Notes: generated by a model from the letters alone, not told the origin. DNA of 64,000 bases from an uncultured cyanobacterium (GCA_963706595.1 OY970166.1:608001-672000), one strand, 5' to 3'. Shown: positions 50,681 to 61,777, counted from the stretch's first letter. A program made the numbers and translations.

Positions 50681-52120
50681 ATGAACTTCTTTGATAAGTT
50701 ACAGGGTAGTATATTACGAAATCAAAGCTTACTTTTTGTAGGACTTGACCCAAATCCCGAAATGATGCCAGCGCATTATAAATCTCAGGATGTCATCTCT
50801 GATTTGCATAATTGGTTACAATTCATTATTACCGAAACGGCTGATTTTGTCTGTGCCTATAAGCCAACATTAGGATTTTATGAAGCTTTGGGATCTCCGG
50901 GTTTAGAACTACTACAAAAAACTTTAGCGGCTATTCCCAGTCATATCCCAATTATTTTAGATGCTAAACATAGTGACTTAAATACTAGTACAGTTTTTGC
51001 TCGCGCGGTATTTACAGAATGGAATATAGATGCCATTACTCTTAGTCCTTATACAGGGCAAGACCATGTAGCACCGTTTTTATTTTACCCTGAGAAAGCA
51101 GTATTTATTTTATGTTGTACTTCCAATCCAGGAGCAGAAGCTTTACAACAATATCCCACAAATGAATCGCCTCTTTATTTACAGGTAGTCAAGGAGTCAA
51201 AAAATTGGGGAACTCCTGAACAATTGGGTTTGGAAGTCGGTACGATAAATCCGGAAGTTTTGGCGCTAATTCGGGCAATTGCACCTGAGAGGATGATTAT
51301 GGCGCGGAGTATTTGGGCGGAGGGAAGTAATCTCAAAGAAATTTTAGCAGCTGGCTTAAGTGCTAATGGTGATGGGTTATTGATTCCTGTTCCTCAAGAT
51401 ATGTTGAGTCAACCAAATTTAGCTGAAAATATTCAGGCTTTACGTGCAGAAATTCATCAAGCGAAAACTGAAATTGTTCTAGATGGTTCTACTTGTGCTG
51501 TGTGGCTACCTGATGTTGCTGTTTCGAGTCAACATCCCCAACAAGATTTGATTTTACAACTTTATGATATTGGTTGTATTATGTTTGGCAGCTTTGTGCA
51601 AGCATCGGGGGCGACTTTTCCTTATTACATTGATTTACGAAAAATCATTTCTAATCCCCAAGTTTTTAATCAGGTTCTCAGTGCTTATGAGGAGATTTTG
51701 AACTCTCTCAATTTTGATAGGTTAGCGGGTATTCCCTACGGTTCTTTACCTACTGCTACTGGTTTATCTTTGCGTCTCCATTGTCCGATGATTTATCCCC
51801 GCAAGGAGGTAAAGGCACACGGAAGTCGGAGGTTAATTGAGGGTAATTTTTATCCTGGTGAAACTGTGGTGGTGGTTGATGATATTTTAATCACTGGCAA
51901 AAGTGTGATGGAAGGTGCTGAAAAGTTAAAATCGGCTGGTTTGAAGATTCAGGATATTGTAGTTTTGATTGACCATGAAAATGGTGTGCAATCTAGATTA
52001 CTAGATAATGGTTATCGAGGTCATGCTGTTTTCACTCTTTCGGAAATTACAGAAACCCTTTATCAGGTAGGTAGAATTAGTCAGGAGCAGTTTTTAGCTT
52101 TTCAGGAAAGTGAAGGTTAG
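50681..52120 (+). CDS. pyrF/pyrE: Bifunctional OMP decarboxylase / orotate phosphoribosyltransferase
   Basis: VGLDP, AYKPTLGFYE, ILDAKHSD, TSNPG; then YYIDLR, RKEVKAHG, VVVDDILITG. Confidence 0.92.
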   Translation: MNFFDKLQGSILRNQSLLFVGLDPNPEMMPAHYKSQDVISDLHNWLQFIITETADFVCAYKPTLGFYEALGSPGLELLQKTLAAIPSHIPIILDAKHSDLNTSTVFARAVFTEWNIDAITLSPYTGQDHVAPFLFYPEKAVFILCCTSNPGAEALQQYPTNESPLYLQVVKESKNWGTPEQLGLEVGTINPEVLALIRAIAPERMIMARSIWAEGSNLKEILAAGLSANGDGLLIPVPQDMLSQPNLAENIQALRAEIHQAKTEIVLDGSTCAVWLPDVAVSSQHPQQDLILQLYDIGCIMFGSFVQASGATFPYYIDLRKIISNPQVFNQVLSAYEEILNSLNFDRLAGIPYGSLPTATGLSLRLHCPMIYPRKEVKAHGSRRLIEGNFYPGETVVVVDDILITGKSVMEGAEKLKSAGLKIQDIVVLIDHENGVQSRLLDNGYRGHAVFTLSEITETLYQVGRISQEQFLAFQESEG

Positions 52121-52150
52121 CTGGAATCATGATATTCATAAAGTGTCTAA

Positions 52151-52183
52151 AGATCCCCGACTTCTTCAAGAAGTCGGGGATCT
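52151..52183. terminator. Perfect palindrome (terminator or dispersed repeat) after pyrFE
   Basis: agatccccgacttctt-c-aagaagtcggggatct. Confidence 0.65.
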
Positions 52184-52247
52184 GAACCTCTCGGTGGAGA
52201 GCAAATCAGATAGGATTACTATATTAAGTTGATTTATCATATTGGTT

Positions 52248-53339
52248 ATGTCTATTTCACTGAAAGAATTACTTAAATGGTTAATATTAACGTTGCTATT
52301 TCCGTTAGTATTTCTGAATTTTTGGCTAATATTTCTATTTTTAAAGTCATTTCAAGAACTGGTAACAATTTTTATATTGGCTATGCTGCTGGCTTTTATT
52401 TTGAATTATCCTGTGAAGTTTTTTGAAAAAGCTGGTGTTAACCGGAACTATGCAGTTGCCTTAGTATTGATATCTGCCTTGGTAATTTTCGCGGTTTTTG
52501 GTATAGTGTTATTACCTATCATTTTGCCGCAATTCAATGAAATGGTTAAATTACTGCCTCAATGGATTGATGCAAGTGGTGAAAAATTTCAACTTCTGAA
52601 TAACTGGGCTATTAGCCACGGTTTAAATATTAATTTTAGTGAGATTATCAGTGATTTAACAGAGCGTTTACCAAATGAATTGGAGAATATCACAGATAAC
52701 CTTTTCAGTATTTTTATAGAAGCTGTTGATAGTGTTTCTGATATTTTAATTACAGTAGTATTGACTTTTTATATTTTATTAGATGGGCGAAGGATTTGGT
52801 CAGGGATATTTAAAAAATTGCCTTGGAGTTTCACTGAGAAAGTACAACAATCGCTTCAGCAAAATTTTCAAAATTATTTGATTGGTCAGGTAACTTTGGC
52901 CACGCTGATGGGATGTTTATTAACAGTTATATTTTTAGTTTTCCAAGTTAAGTTCGGTTTAATATTCGGTTTGGGTGTGGGAATATTCAGCTTAATTCCC
53001 TTTGGTGATGTTGCTAGTATTAGTTTAATTGCTTTAATTATAGCGACACAGAATTTTTGGTTGGCGGTGAAAATTTTAGCTGTGGCTGTGGTGACTGACC
53101 AATTTATTGACCAGGCGATCGCACCTCGGCTTTTAGGTAGATTTACAGGACTGAGGCCAATATGGGTGTTGGTTGCTTTGTTGCTAGGAACCTATATTGG
53201 CGGGTTGTTGGGATTGTTAATTGCTGTACCCATTGCTGGGTTTATCAAAGATGCCTTAGATGGCTTTTCTCAGTCTGATGATAACGATTTAAAGGCAGAA
53301 ATACCAGAAGTGCTAAATCAGGAAGCAACGTCTTCATAG
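52248..53339 (+). CDS. AI-2E (UPF0118) family transporter
   Basis: LLAFILNYPV, FYILLDG, NYLIGQ, SLIPF, APRLLG..GLRP, GLLIAVP. Confidence 0.9.
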   Translation: MSISLKELLKWLILTLLFPLVFLNFWLIFLFLKSFQELVTIFILAMLLAFILNYPVKFFEKAGVNRNYAVALVLISALVIFAVFGIVLLPIILPQFNEMVKLLPQWIDASGEKFQLLNNWAISHGLNINFSEIISDLTERLPNELENITDNLFSIFIEAVDSVSDILITVVLTFYILLDGRRIWSGIFKKLPWSFTEKVQQSLQQNFQNYLIGQVTLATLMGCLLTVIFLVFQVKFGLIFGLGVGIFSLIPFGDVASISLIALIIATQNFWLAVKILAVAVVTDQFIDQAIAPRLLGRFTGLRPIWVLVALLLGTYIGGLLGLLIAVPIAGFIKDALDGFSQSDDNDLKAEIPEVLNQEATSS

Positions 53340-53548
53340 AAAATAACTAAATTATTGGTGGGTGAGGTTTCTAGTCTGCCTGATCCTCGGTCTGAGCAGT
53401 CAGTAGCAGAAATCAGCAGCGACAGAATTGAATAATCACTCAGCATAATGGATACAAGTTATGAAAAGATAGTCAGCCGAAAATTCCAGCCTACATTACT
53501 TCTCAAAAACTCGATTCAGTCTTAGGTCTGAATCTGTCTGCCAAAATG

Positions 53549-54613
53549 TTAAATTCCTTTAAATCCAATTTCTGCTTCTATTTCTTGTTGTGCTGGGGCA
53601 GATTTTATGCTGTCGGGTGTAGGTCTGCGATTATGTTTTTGCCGAATACCAAATTGGCTGATAAATATACCAATTAAAATGACGCTACCGCCTATGTATT
53701 GGGCTAGAGTAGGGGTTTCGCCGAGGACTAAATAAGCTGCTAAAATTCCGGCAATGGGGGTAAATGAGGCGACTAAGGAGGCTACAGAGACAGAGGACTT
53801 TCGCAAACCCTGCACCCAACAGGACTGACCTAAAACTATAATGACTATGCCATATAACAACATCCACTGCCATAGAAAAGGTGAGAATATATCCATAAAA
53901 TGATCGCTACCATAAAGCACTATGGCACTTAAGAAAAAGATCGCCGTTCCCAAGGCAGTGCGAAAGATGCTATAGATTCCTATGGGAATCTGAGAGAGAT
54001 AGTTTTTACTAATGATGGTAGATATGGCTAGGGCTACTGATGCGATCGCCGTTAAAATTTCCCCTAATCCTAAATTAAAACCACCAATGTTCATCATGTC
54101 CTGTGCTGGTGGCTGAAGAAAGATAGCCAGGATTACACCCATAAAGGCGGCGATCGCACCCACAACTTCCCAAATATTTACCCGTTCCCGCAACAACCAA
54201 AAGGATAAAGCTAAAATCAATGGGGGTTCCAATCTCCCCACCAAAATAATATTATTCACCTCAGTTAACTCCAAGGCTTGGAAAATTAAACTGGGAGCAA
54301 TAGCACCCGCAAGAATGGCTACCACAATCAAAATTAACCAATTCTTCCGGGATATTTGCCTCAAAATTGCTTTGTTCCACTGTCGCCCATAGATCAACAT
54401 CAGAACCATTAAACCGCAGAAGTTCCCCACAAATAAAACGTTACACAATGAAATCGGATTGCGACCATCTATTAAGTTTTGAGAACCAATTTCTGTCAGC
54501 TTGCGAGTAACTGTACCAGATCCGCCAAAAATCAAGATTGCTAGCCAGAGATAGGCTGCTCCGGGAATATTGGAGATGGAACCGTACCACTTTTTTTGAT
54601 TAGCCACAATCAC
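53549..54613 (-). CDS. DMT/EamA family transporter
   Basis: Two EamA repeats (GRLEPP...LLRER; FTPIAGILAAYLVLGE). Confidence 0.88.
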   Translation of the reverse strand: MIVANQKKWYGSISNIPGAAYLWLAILIFGGSGTVTRKLTEIGSQNLIDGRNPISLCNVLFVGNFCGLMVLMLIYGRQWNKAILRQISRKNWLILIVVAILAGAIAPSLIFQALELTEVNNIILVGRLEPPLILALSFWLLRERVNIWEVVGAIAAFMGVILAIFLQPPAQDMMNIGGFNLGLGEILTAIASVALAISTIISKNYLSQIPIGIYSIFRTALGTAIFFLSAIVLYGSDHFMDIFSPFLWQWMLLYGIVIIVLGQSCWVQGLRKSSVSVASLVASFTPIAGILAAYLVLGETPTLAQYIGGSVILIGIFISQFGIRQKHNRRPTPDSIKSAPAQQEIEAEIGFKGI

Positions 54614-54796
54614 ACCACGGTAATGAAAACGCTGCTAATCATACTAGAGTTTGCAAATTACGTCTAGGTGAGTACGGATAAAGGTTAGCATTAACTAGAG
54701 GAGTCCAGATGCCCAGCCCAAAAAAGCTATTTATTCTGAATTAAGCTGCTGTAATCGTTGTAGAATTAGTCCTTTAGATATAGGAGGGCAAAACAG

Positions 54797-56149
54797 ATGA
54801 CTCGTGTCATCATCGTGCGCCACGGACAAAGCAGCTATAATACCGAGCGGCGAATCCAAGGACGCACCGACGTGTCAAGATTAACAGAGAAAGGTTGTGC
54901 TGATGCTAGTAAAGTAGGAAAAGTTCTCAGCAATATTTCATTTAATGCTATTTATAGCAGTCCTCTCCAGCGAGCCAAAAAAACCGCCGAGATTATCTAT
55001 AGTGAGTTAGCACCTGATTCTAAACAGTCTGTTGCGCCGCAAATTTCCGAGCAGTTGATGGAAATTGATTTGCCTTTGTGGGCAGAAATGCTCAGTGCTG
55101 ATGTCAAGGAAAAGTTTACCGAAGACTACCGCACCTGGAAAGAACGTCCCCATGAACTGCAAATGTTGGTGAAGGATGGAGAAGGGACAAAAGAACATTT
55201 TCCTGTGCTGGCTATCTATCAACAGGCTCGGTCATTTTGGCAAGAAATTTTGTCACGTCATCAAGGAGAAACTATCCTGATTGTGGGGCATAACGGCATT
55301 AATCGCGCCCTAATCAGTACAGCCTTGGGCATTCCCCCTAGTCGCTACCATTGCATACAGCAATCTAACTGTTGCATTAGTGTATTGAATTTTGCTGGTG
55401 GTTTGGGGGAACCAGTGCAACTAGAATCAATGAATCAGACGCAACATCTGGGAGAGACTTTTCCTTCCTTGCGACCGAATCATCAAGGAGTAAGATTGTT
55501 GTTGGTACGTCATGGTGAAACTGAATGGAATCGCCAAACCAGATTTCAAGGACAAATTGATATCCCCTTGAATGATAATGGTAGAAAACAGGCGCAAACT
55601 GCCGGCGAATTTCTGCAAGATGTGGAAATTGACTTTGCTGTTAGTAGTTCTATGTTGCGCCCAAAAGAAACAGCAGAACTGATATTAAGTCACCATCCTA
55701 GTGTAAATTTAGAATTACAAGATGGTTTAAGAGAAATCAGTCACGGACTTTGGGAAGGAAAATTAGAAAAAGAGATAGAGCAAGAATATCCCGGAGATTT
55801 GCAGCGCTGGCGAGTTGTACCAGCAGAAGTACAAATGCCGGAAGGGGAAAATTTGCAGCAGGTTTGGGAGCGTAGTGTAGCAGCTTGGCAATCAATTGTA
55901 CAAGCGGCGTTAACAAGTCAACTCAAAATTGGATTAATCGTGGCTCACGATGCGACTAACAAAACTTTGTTGTGTCACGTTCTGGGTTTATCAACAGAAA
56001 ACTTCTGGAATTTCCGCCAAGGTAATGGTGCAGTTAGCGTTATCGATTACCCCTCTGGACTAAATGGTTTACCAGTGCTACAAGCAATGAACATTACCAG
56101 TCATTTGAGTGGAGGCGTACTAGATAAAACTGCTGCTGGAGCTTTGTAA
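54797..56149 (+). CDS. Tandem histidine phosphatase (PGM family; phosphoserine-phosphatase-like)
   Basis: Two RHG domains: VRHGQSSYN...SSPLQRA...VGHNG and VRHGETEWN...VAHD. Confidence 0.88.
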   Translation: MTRVIIVRHGQSSYNTERRIQGRTDVSRLTEKGCADASKVGKVLSNISFNAIYSSPLQRAKKTAEIIYSELAPDSKQSVAPQISEQLMEIDLPLWAEMLSADVKEKFTEDYRTWKERPHELQMLVKDGEGTKEHFPVLAIYQQARSFWQEILSRHQGETILIVGHNGINRALISTALGIPPSRYHCIQQSNCCISVLNFAGGLGEPVQLESMNQTQHLGETFPSLRPNHQGVRLLLVRHGETEWNRQTRFQGQIDIPLNDNGRKQAQTAGEFLQDVEIDFAVSSSMLRPKETAELILSHHPSVNLELQDGLREISHGLWEGKLEKEIEQEYPGDLQRWRVVPAEVQMPEGENLQQVWERSVAAWQSIVQAALTSQLKIGLIVAHDATNKTLLCHVLGLSTENFWNFRQGNGAVSVIDYPSGLNGLPVLQAMNITSHLSGGVLDKTAAGAL

Positions 56150-56357
56150 AAAAGCAAAAATGAAAATCAAACCACAGATACACATAAATAAATATTGATA
56201 ATTTATCTGTGTCCATCTGTGGTCATAAATCAATCCGGTTCAGTTAAGGGTAGATGAGGTAAAAAACCCAAATCAAAGAATTAAACATCTGGATTTATCG
56301 GCGGTTAATTATTCTGATCTGAACCATATTGGGTTACAAATAATAAGTTCAAATTTT

Positions 56358-57614
56358 ATGGCGGAACTGCTACAACAAGTAAGGGTAATTAATCCAGGTT
56401 TAGAAACTGACCAAATAGCTGATGTCCTCATAGCTGATGGTAAAATACAAGCTGTTGCCACACAGATTTCTGATATTAGTGCTGATACTCAAATTAAAGA
56501 TTGTCGGGGATTAATTCTCGGTACTGGGTTAGTAGATTTGTATAGTCATTCCAGCGAACCAGGATTTGAAGAACGAGAAACTTTATCATCTCTATTAGAA
56601 GGTGCTGCTGCTGGCGGTTTTACGAGGGTGAATATTTTACCTGATACGTCTCCAGTTATTGATCATCCGGCGATTGTGGCACAGTTGCAGCAGAAGGCTG
56701 GGACAATGGGGAATATACCCCATGTTCATGTTTGGGGTGCGATGACTCTGGATTTGGCTGGAAAGCAATTGACGGAATTAGCAGATTTAGCGACTGCTGG
56801 TGTGGTGGGTTTTACAGATGGTAAGCCTTGGGAAAATTTAGGGTTTGTGCGGCGGGTTCTGGAGTATCTGCAACCTTTTGGGAAACCTGTAGCATTTTGG
56901 CCATGCGATCGCCTATTATCAGCCAATGGAGTCATGCGTGAAGGTACAGAAGCCCTGCGTTTGGGTTTACCACCAATTCCAGCCAGTGCCGAAACCAGTG
57001 CGATCGCTTCTTTGCTAGAATTAGTCGCAGCCACGGGTACGCCAGTCCATATCATGCGTGTCTCTACAGCTCGCAGTGTGGAACTCATCGCCTCAGCTAA
57101 GGCTGCGGGTTTACCCATCACCGCCAGCACGACTTGGATGCATTTGTTGCTTGACACTACAGCAATTAAGAGTTATAATACCAGCCTGCATTTAGATCCA
57201 CCTTTAGGTAATGCCAGTGATGTTGAGGCTTTGCGTGCAGGAGTAAAAGCAGGTGTGATCGATGCGATCGCCATAGATCATGCAGCTTATAGCTATGAGG
57301 AGAAAGTGCAAGCTTTTGCGGAATCGCCTCCTGGAGCAATTGGTTTTGAGTTAGCATTGCCCTTGTTATGGCAGAATTTAGTAGAAACTGGGAAATTTAC
57401 AGCTTTGGAATTATGGCAAGCTTTAAGCACTGAACCAGCAAGATGTTTGCAACAGCAACCGAGTACAATTACTCCTGAGCAAAAAGCCGAACTTACTTTA
57501 TTTAACCCCCAGGAAATATGGAAGGTGGAAAAGAAAAATCTTTGTACACTTTCTCATAATACCCCTTGGCTAGGACAAGAAATCAAAGGTCGGGTTATGC
57601 AAATTTGGAATTAA
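56358..57614 (+). CDS. Dihydroorotase-like protein (type I fold, metal ligands degenerate; PyrC'-like)
   Basis: GLVDLYSHSSEPGFEERET, AAAGGFT, PPLG, IAIDH. Confidence 0.85.
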   Translation: MAELLQQVRVINPGLETDQIADVLIADGKIQAVATQISDISADTQIKDCRGLILGTGLVDLYSHSSEPGFEERETLSSLLEGAAAGGFTRVNILPDTSPVIDHPAIVAQLQQKAGTMGNIPHVHVWGAMTLDLAGKQLTELADLATAGVVGFTDGKPWENLGFVRRVLEYLQPFGKPVAFWPCDRLLSANGVMREGTEALRLGLPPIPASAETSAIASLLELVAATGTPVHIMRVSTARSVELIASAKAAGLPITASTTWMHLLLDTTAIKSYNTSLHLDPPLGNASDVEALRAGVKAGVIDAIAIDHAAYSYEEKVQAFAESPPGAIGFELALPLLWQNLVETGKFTALELWQALSTEPARCLQQQPSTITPEQKAELTLFNPQEIWKVEKKNLCTLSHNTPWLGQEIKGRVMQIWN

Positions 57615-57637
57615 TCAGAAATTTTGTAGAGACGTTT

Positions 57638-57743
57638 TATAGTGGTTATTTGTTAAATGAGAGACAAGAACCCCACCCCCAACCCCCTCCCCGCAAGCGA
57701 GGAGGGGGATATGATGCAATTCATTGAAGTGCATACCGCTATA
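57638..57743. mobile_element. MITE-like ~105-bp element (copy 1)
   Basis: tatagtggtt...aagaaccccacccccaaccccctccccgcaagcgaggagggg...ttcattgaagtg...ccgctata; inverted copy at 60227-60332. Confidence 0.8.
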
Positions 57744-57801
57744 TTGAAGAACCCTTGTAGAGACGTTCCATGGAACGTCTCTACATTCTACTAATAACTA
57801 T

Positions 57802-58776
57802 TTACTCTTCTACTCGATAGCCTAACTCAGCTAAAGTCAGGCGCGATTGTCGCCATTTGGGTTGGACTTTTACGAACAATTCTAGGTAAACTTTACCAGC
57901 AATCAGCTTTTGAATTTGTTCGCGGGCTTCGCTACCGATGGCTTTAAGCATTGAACCACCTTTACCAATGAGAATACCTTTTTGGGAATCTCTTTCTACG
58001 TGGATGGTTGCAAGTATACGGGTAATGGTGGGTGCTTCATCGACTCTATCAATCGCGATCGCCACTGAATGCGGAACTTCTTCGCGTGTCAAGAATAAAA
58101 TCTGTTCGCGAATCAATTCACCCATGATAAAACGTTCCGGTTGGTCAGTTACCAAGTCGGGGGGATAGTAAAACGGCCCGGTTTCTAAATCTTCAATTAA
58201 TAACTCTTGCAGTTCTGGTAATCCTGCACTCGTCTGGGCGGAAAATTTGACTATCGGCCATTTATGAGCTTCAGCTACAGTTCGGTAACTATAATCAATT
58301 ACCTCAAAATTTGGGGGTTGTTGGTCAATTTTATTCAAACCCAAAATTACTGGAGTTTTAGTCCGAGTCAGCAAATCGACAATAAAGCGATCGCCTGCAC
58401 CACAAGCTACTGACCCATCTACCACAAACAGGATCACATCTACTGCATCAATGGCATTTTTAGCATTTCTTACCAGTACTTCTCCCAATTGATGATGGGG
58501 TTTGTGAATTCCTGGTGTATCTACAAAAATTAACTGCGCCTCTGGCGTAGTTAAAATCCCTCGCAAACGATTGCGTGTAGTTTGTGCTACGGAAGATGTG
58601 ATCGCAATTTTTTGCCCTACTAATTGATTCATCAAAGTAGATTTACCGACATTTGGGCGACCAATAATGCCGACAAAACCTGATTTAAATTCAGGAGGAG
58701 CCTGGGGGATAGATGCTTCTCCTGAAAAAGAGAAGATGTTATGATCAATACTAGTCACCTTTAGCTCCACCGTCAT
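57802..58776 (-). CDS. era: GTPase Era
   Basis: GRPNVGKSTL, QTTRN, DTPG, NKID, KH domain SQKGILIGKGG. Confidence 0.97.
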   Translation of the reverse strand: MTVELKVTSIDHNIFSFSGEASIPQAPPEFKSGFVGIIGRPNVGKSTLMNQLVGQKIAITSSVAQTTRNRLRGILTTPEAQLIFVDTPGIHKPHHQLGEVLVRNAKNAIDAVDVILFVVDGSVACGAGDRFIVDLLTRTKTPVILGLNKIDQQPPNFEVIDYSYRTVAEAHKWPIVKFSAQTSAGLPELQELLIEDLETGPFYYPPDLVTDQPERFIMGELIREQILFLTREEVPHSVAIAIDRVDEAPTITRILATIHVERDSQKGILIGKGGSMLKAIGSEAREQIQKLIAGKVYLELFVKVQPKWRQSRLTLAELGYRVEE

Positions 58777-58986
58777 ATATTACAGATCAGATCAGTTGAT
58801 TCTTGTCTCAGATACGCAACAAACATAATTTAACCCTGGCACTTTGAGGGACTGCCCTTATTTAAGTTTAATCTACTAGTGACGTACTTAGAAATATCCT
58901 CTAGTATAAGATGTAGATTGCGGCGCTGCCATGATCATTTATTATTTAAAATTTTTGGGCATTTTTTTCTAAGTATAAAAAACAAT

Positions 58987-60114
58987 TTACTGAATAATTG
59001 CCAAGACAAACTCACCTTGATTTACAGCTTCATTGGTGGAAACATTGTACACAAATCCATTTTCTTCCGCACAGATATCAATTACAGTTGGTAATTTTGT
59101 CTCTTTATTAAAGCTGATAATTTGATATAATATATCTCCAGTCTGGATATTACTACCTAATTCAACTCTAGATTGAATCATCCCACCTGCGATCGCATAA
59201 TATTTTTTTCTTTTGCTACTAGCTGCAAACTTCATTTTCTGGGATTTTGCAACTAAAGACAAATCTGAAATTTGCAACACATTTTTTTGAATTAAATAGT
59301 TTTTCACACCCTGAACACCTTTGGCGACTGAATCCGGCTTCATCTGCATTCCTGCGCCTAATTCCAATGTCCAAGCTTCTAGATCAAATTGGATGTTTCT
59401 TCCAAGTTGTTGAAAACAAGCTGATAAAGCTAACCAAGGTTTGATAAAAGCTTCATCAAAAGCATCACCATCATATTTGTCGAGTAAAATCCCGAAGTCG
59501 AAGAGAAAGTATTTAGCACTTTCTGACTGATTAAGAAAGTAATAAAGGTAGTTTAAGCCTTGATCTGTCGAACTGTGTAAATCAATTAAGTAGTCTGCAT
59601 CTAAACTCAGAGATTGTAGTTGATAGCGAAACCGTTCTGTGTAAGGTACACTACTAGAAGAATTAATCTTTGTGGAAATTGCCGTAAATTTTTGCTGGAT
59701 TTTCGTCAGATAATTTTGGCGCACGTTTTCTTGATTAACATAAAGTTGCGATTTCGCAAAAGCCAGTAAATCATCAGCCTCTTTCTCATAGTCCCAAAAA
59801 ATCCGGTTCCAGTCTTTAGCTTCATAAACACAAAATCGCCCAGGGGAAAAAGTATGAGAACGTTCATTAGTTCCCATCGGATTACAAACAGGAACCAGCC
59901 AGATTTCCCCCTTTAAATCAGTATCATTGATGGTGAGCAAAAATTCTATGAGTTGATGAATAACTGCATTACCAGCAATTTCTGCGCCATGTAAGTTAGA
60001 TTGAATGTAAACCTTTTTACCGGAATTAGCGCCAATGAATTTGTAAACTTGCAGAAACAGGCGATCGCCTGAAGCCATTTGACGCAGAAAAATTGTTTCA
60101 ATCACAGGAAGCAT
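58987..60114 (-). CDS. Succinylglutamate desuccinylase/aspartoacylase family (M14-like) protein
   Basis: HGAEIAG, PVCNP.G, DWNR, IDLHS, TLELG. Confidence 0.88.
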   Translation of the reverse strand: MLPVIETIFLRQMASGDRLFLQVYKFIGANSGKKVYIQSNLHGAEIAGNAVIHQLIEFLLTINDTDLKGEIWLVPVCNPMGTNERSHTFSPGRFCVYEAKDWNRIFWDYEKEADDLLAFAKSQLYVNQENVRQNYLTKIQQKFTAISTKINSSSSVPYTERFRYQLQSLSLDADYLIDLHSSTDQGLNYLYYFLNQSESAKYFLFDFGILLDKYDGDAFDEAFIKPWLALSACFQQLGRNIQFDLEAWTLELGAGMQMKPDSVAKGVQGVKNYLIQKNVLQISDLSLVAKSQKMKFAASSKRKKYYAIAGGMIQSRVELGSNIQTGDILYQIISFNKETKLPTVIDICAEENGFVYNVSTNEAVNQGEFVLAIIQ

Positions 60115-60226
60115 AAAAAAATGGCTGATGATTTAATTAGATATTATACAAATCTCAATCATCCCCAGCAAAACCAGATCGTGTTAAATTAAACTCCAAA
60201 AGTTAACCTGTATTAGGAAGCATAAT

Positions 60227-60332
60227 TAAGGCGATATCCACTTCAATGAAGTACATCATAGCCCCCTCCTCGCTTGCGGGGAGGGGGTTGGGGGTGGGGT
60301 TCTTGTATCTCACTTAACTGATAACCGCTATA
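60227..60332. mobile_element. MITE-like ~105-bp element (copy 2, inverted)
   Basis: cacttcaatgaa...ccccctcctcgcttgcggggagggggttgggggtggggttcttg...ataaccgctata. Confidence 0.8.
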
Positions 60333-60379
60333 AGGCGATCGCTCATATTATTGAATCACTTACTCACACACTCAAAACA

Positions 60380-61777
60380 ATGACAATCACAGCCATCAAT
60401 CCCTATCTCAATCACAACTTTGCGCCCATCCGGGAAGAAATCACCACCGATCCCCTCAAAGTCATAGGTGAATTACCCGCCAACCTATCGGGGATGTTTG
60501 TCCGCAATGGTCCCAATCCCCAATGGTCGCCGATTGGACAGTATCACTGGTTTGACGGCGATGGGATGTTACACGGTGTGAGGATTAGCAACGGCCAAGC
60601 CACTTACAGCAATCGCTATGTGCAAACCAGAGGATGGAAAATCGAACAAGCCGCAGGTAAAGCCCTCTGGTCTGGGATATTTGAACCACCGCAGATAGAT
60701 AATCCTCATGGTGGATCTAAAAACACTGCTAATACAGCCCTAATTTGGCACGCTGGTCAGATGTTAGCACTCAATGAAGGCGGTGCGCCTCACGCGATCA
60801 AACTTCCTGATTTACAGACTATTGGTGAATATACTTATAATAATCAGCTAGCTTCTGCCTTTACCGCCCATCCCAAGGTAGACCCCAAGACTGGTGAAAT
60901 GAGATTCTTTGGTTACTCATTTACCCCACCATACCTGCAATACAGCATAGTTTCAGCCACAGGTGAAATAGTGCAGACAGTGCCAATTGACCTGCCAATG
61001 GGAGTGATGATGCATGATTTTGCCATCACGGAAAATTTTACAATCTTTATGGATTTACCCCTGACATTCAGTCCAGAAAGACTACAACGGGGAGAACCGC
61101 CGATGATGTTTGAGTGCGATCGCCCCAGTAGATTTGGGATTATCCCCCGTCATGGCGACAACAGTAATATCCGATGGTTTGAAAGTCCTCCTTGCTACGT
61201 CTTCCATACCCTCAACGCCTACGAAGAGCAAGATGAAATAGTCCTCATCGCCTGTCGCATGAGTTCCACCACAGTCTTGAAAGCTGATGATTCCCAAATC
61301 GACCCAGACGCAGATATTCCCCGTTTACATCGCTGGCGATTTAACCTCAGCACGGGGAACGTGCGCGAAGAAATGTTAGACGATGTACCGGCGGAATTTC
61401 CCCGGATTAACGAAAACCTCTTGGGGCAACGAACACAATACGGTTATGCTGGGAGAATGAGCAAAGGTTCCTTACCTCTATTCGACGGTTTAATTAAATA
61501 CGACCTGAATAATCACAAATCCCAAACCCATGAGTTTGGACAGGGACGTTATGGCGGCGAAGCTGTATTTGCCCCCAGTCTTGGTGGTACAACTGAAGAT
61601 GATGGTTGGTTAGTGACTTTTGTCTACGATGAGAATACAGAAACTTCCGAACTGGTAGTGGTAAATGCCCAAGATGTCAGCGCCGAACCTGTAGCGCGGG
61701 TACTAATTCCGCAAAGAGTACCCTATGGCTTCCACGGGAGTTGGGTTTCTGAACAACAGTTGAATAGTTGTATATAA
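60380..61777 (+). CDS. Carotenoid cleavage oxygenase (RPE65/CCD family)
   Basis: RNGPNP, HWFDGDGM, four His ligands (TAHPK, MHDF, FHTLNAYE, GFHG), EFPRIN, EDDG. Confidence 0.95.
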   Translation: MTITAINPYLNHNFAPIREEITTDPLKVIGELPANLSGMFVRNGPNPQWSPIGQYHWFDGDGMLHGVRISNGQATYSNRYVQTRGWKIEQAAGKALWSGIFEPPQIDNPHGGSKNTANTALIWHAGQMLALNEGGAPHAIKLPDLQTIGEYTYNNQLASAFTAHPKVDPKTGEMRFFGYSFTPPYLQYSIVSATGEIVQTVPIDLPMGVMMHDFAITENFTIFMDLPLTFSPERLQRGEPPMMFECDRPSRFGIIPRHGDNSNIRWFESPPCYVFHTLNAYEEQDEIVLIACRMSSTTVLKADDSQIDPDADIPRLHRWRFNLSTGNVREEMLDDVPAEFPRINENLLGQRTQYGYAGRMSKGSLPLFDGLIKYDLNNHKSQTHEFGQGRYGGEAVFAPSLGGTTEDDGWLVTFVYDENTETSELVVVNAQDVSAEPVARVLIPQRVPYGFHGSWVSEQQLNSCI

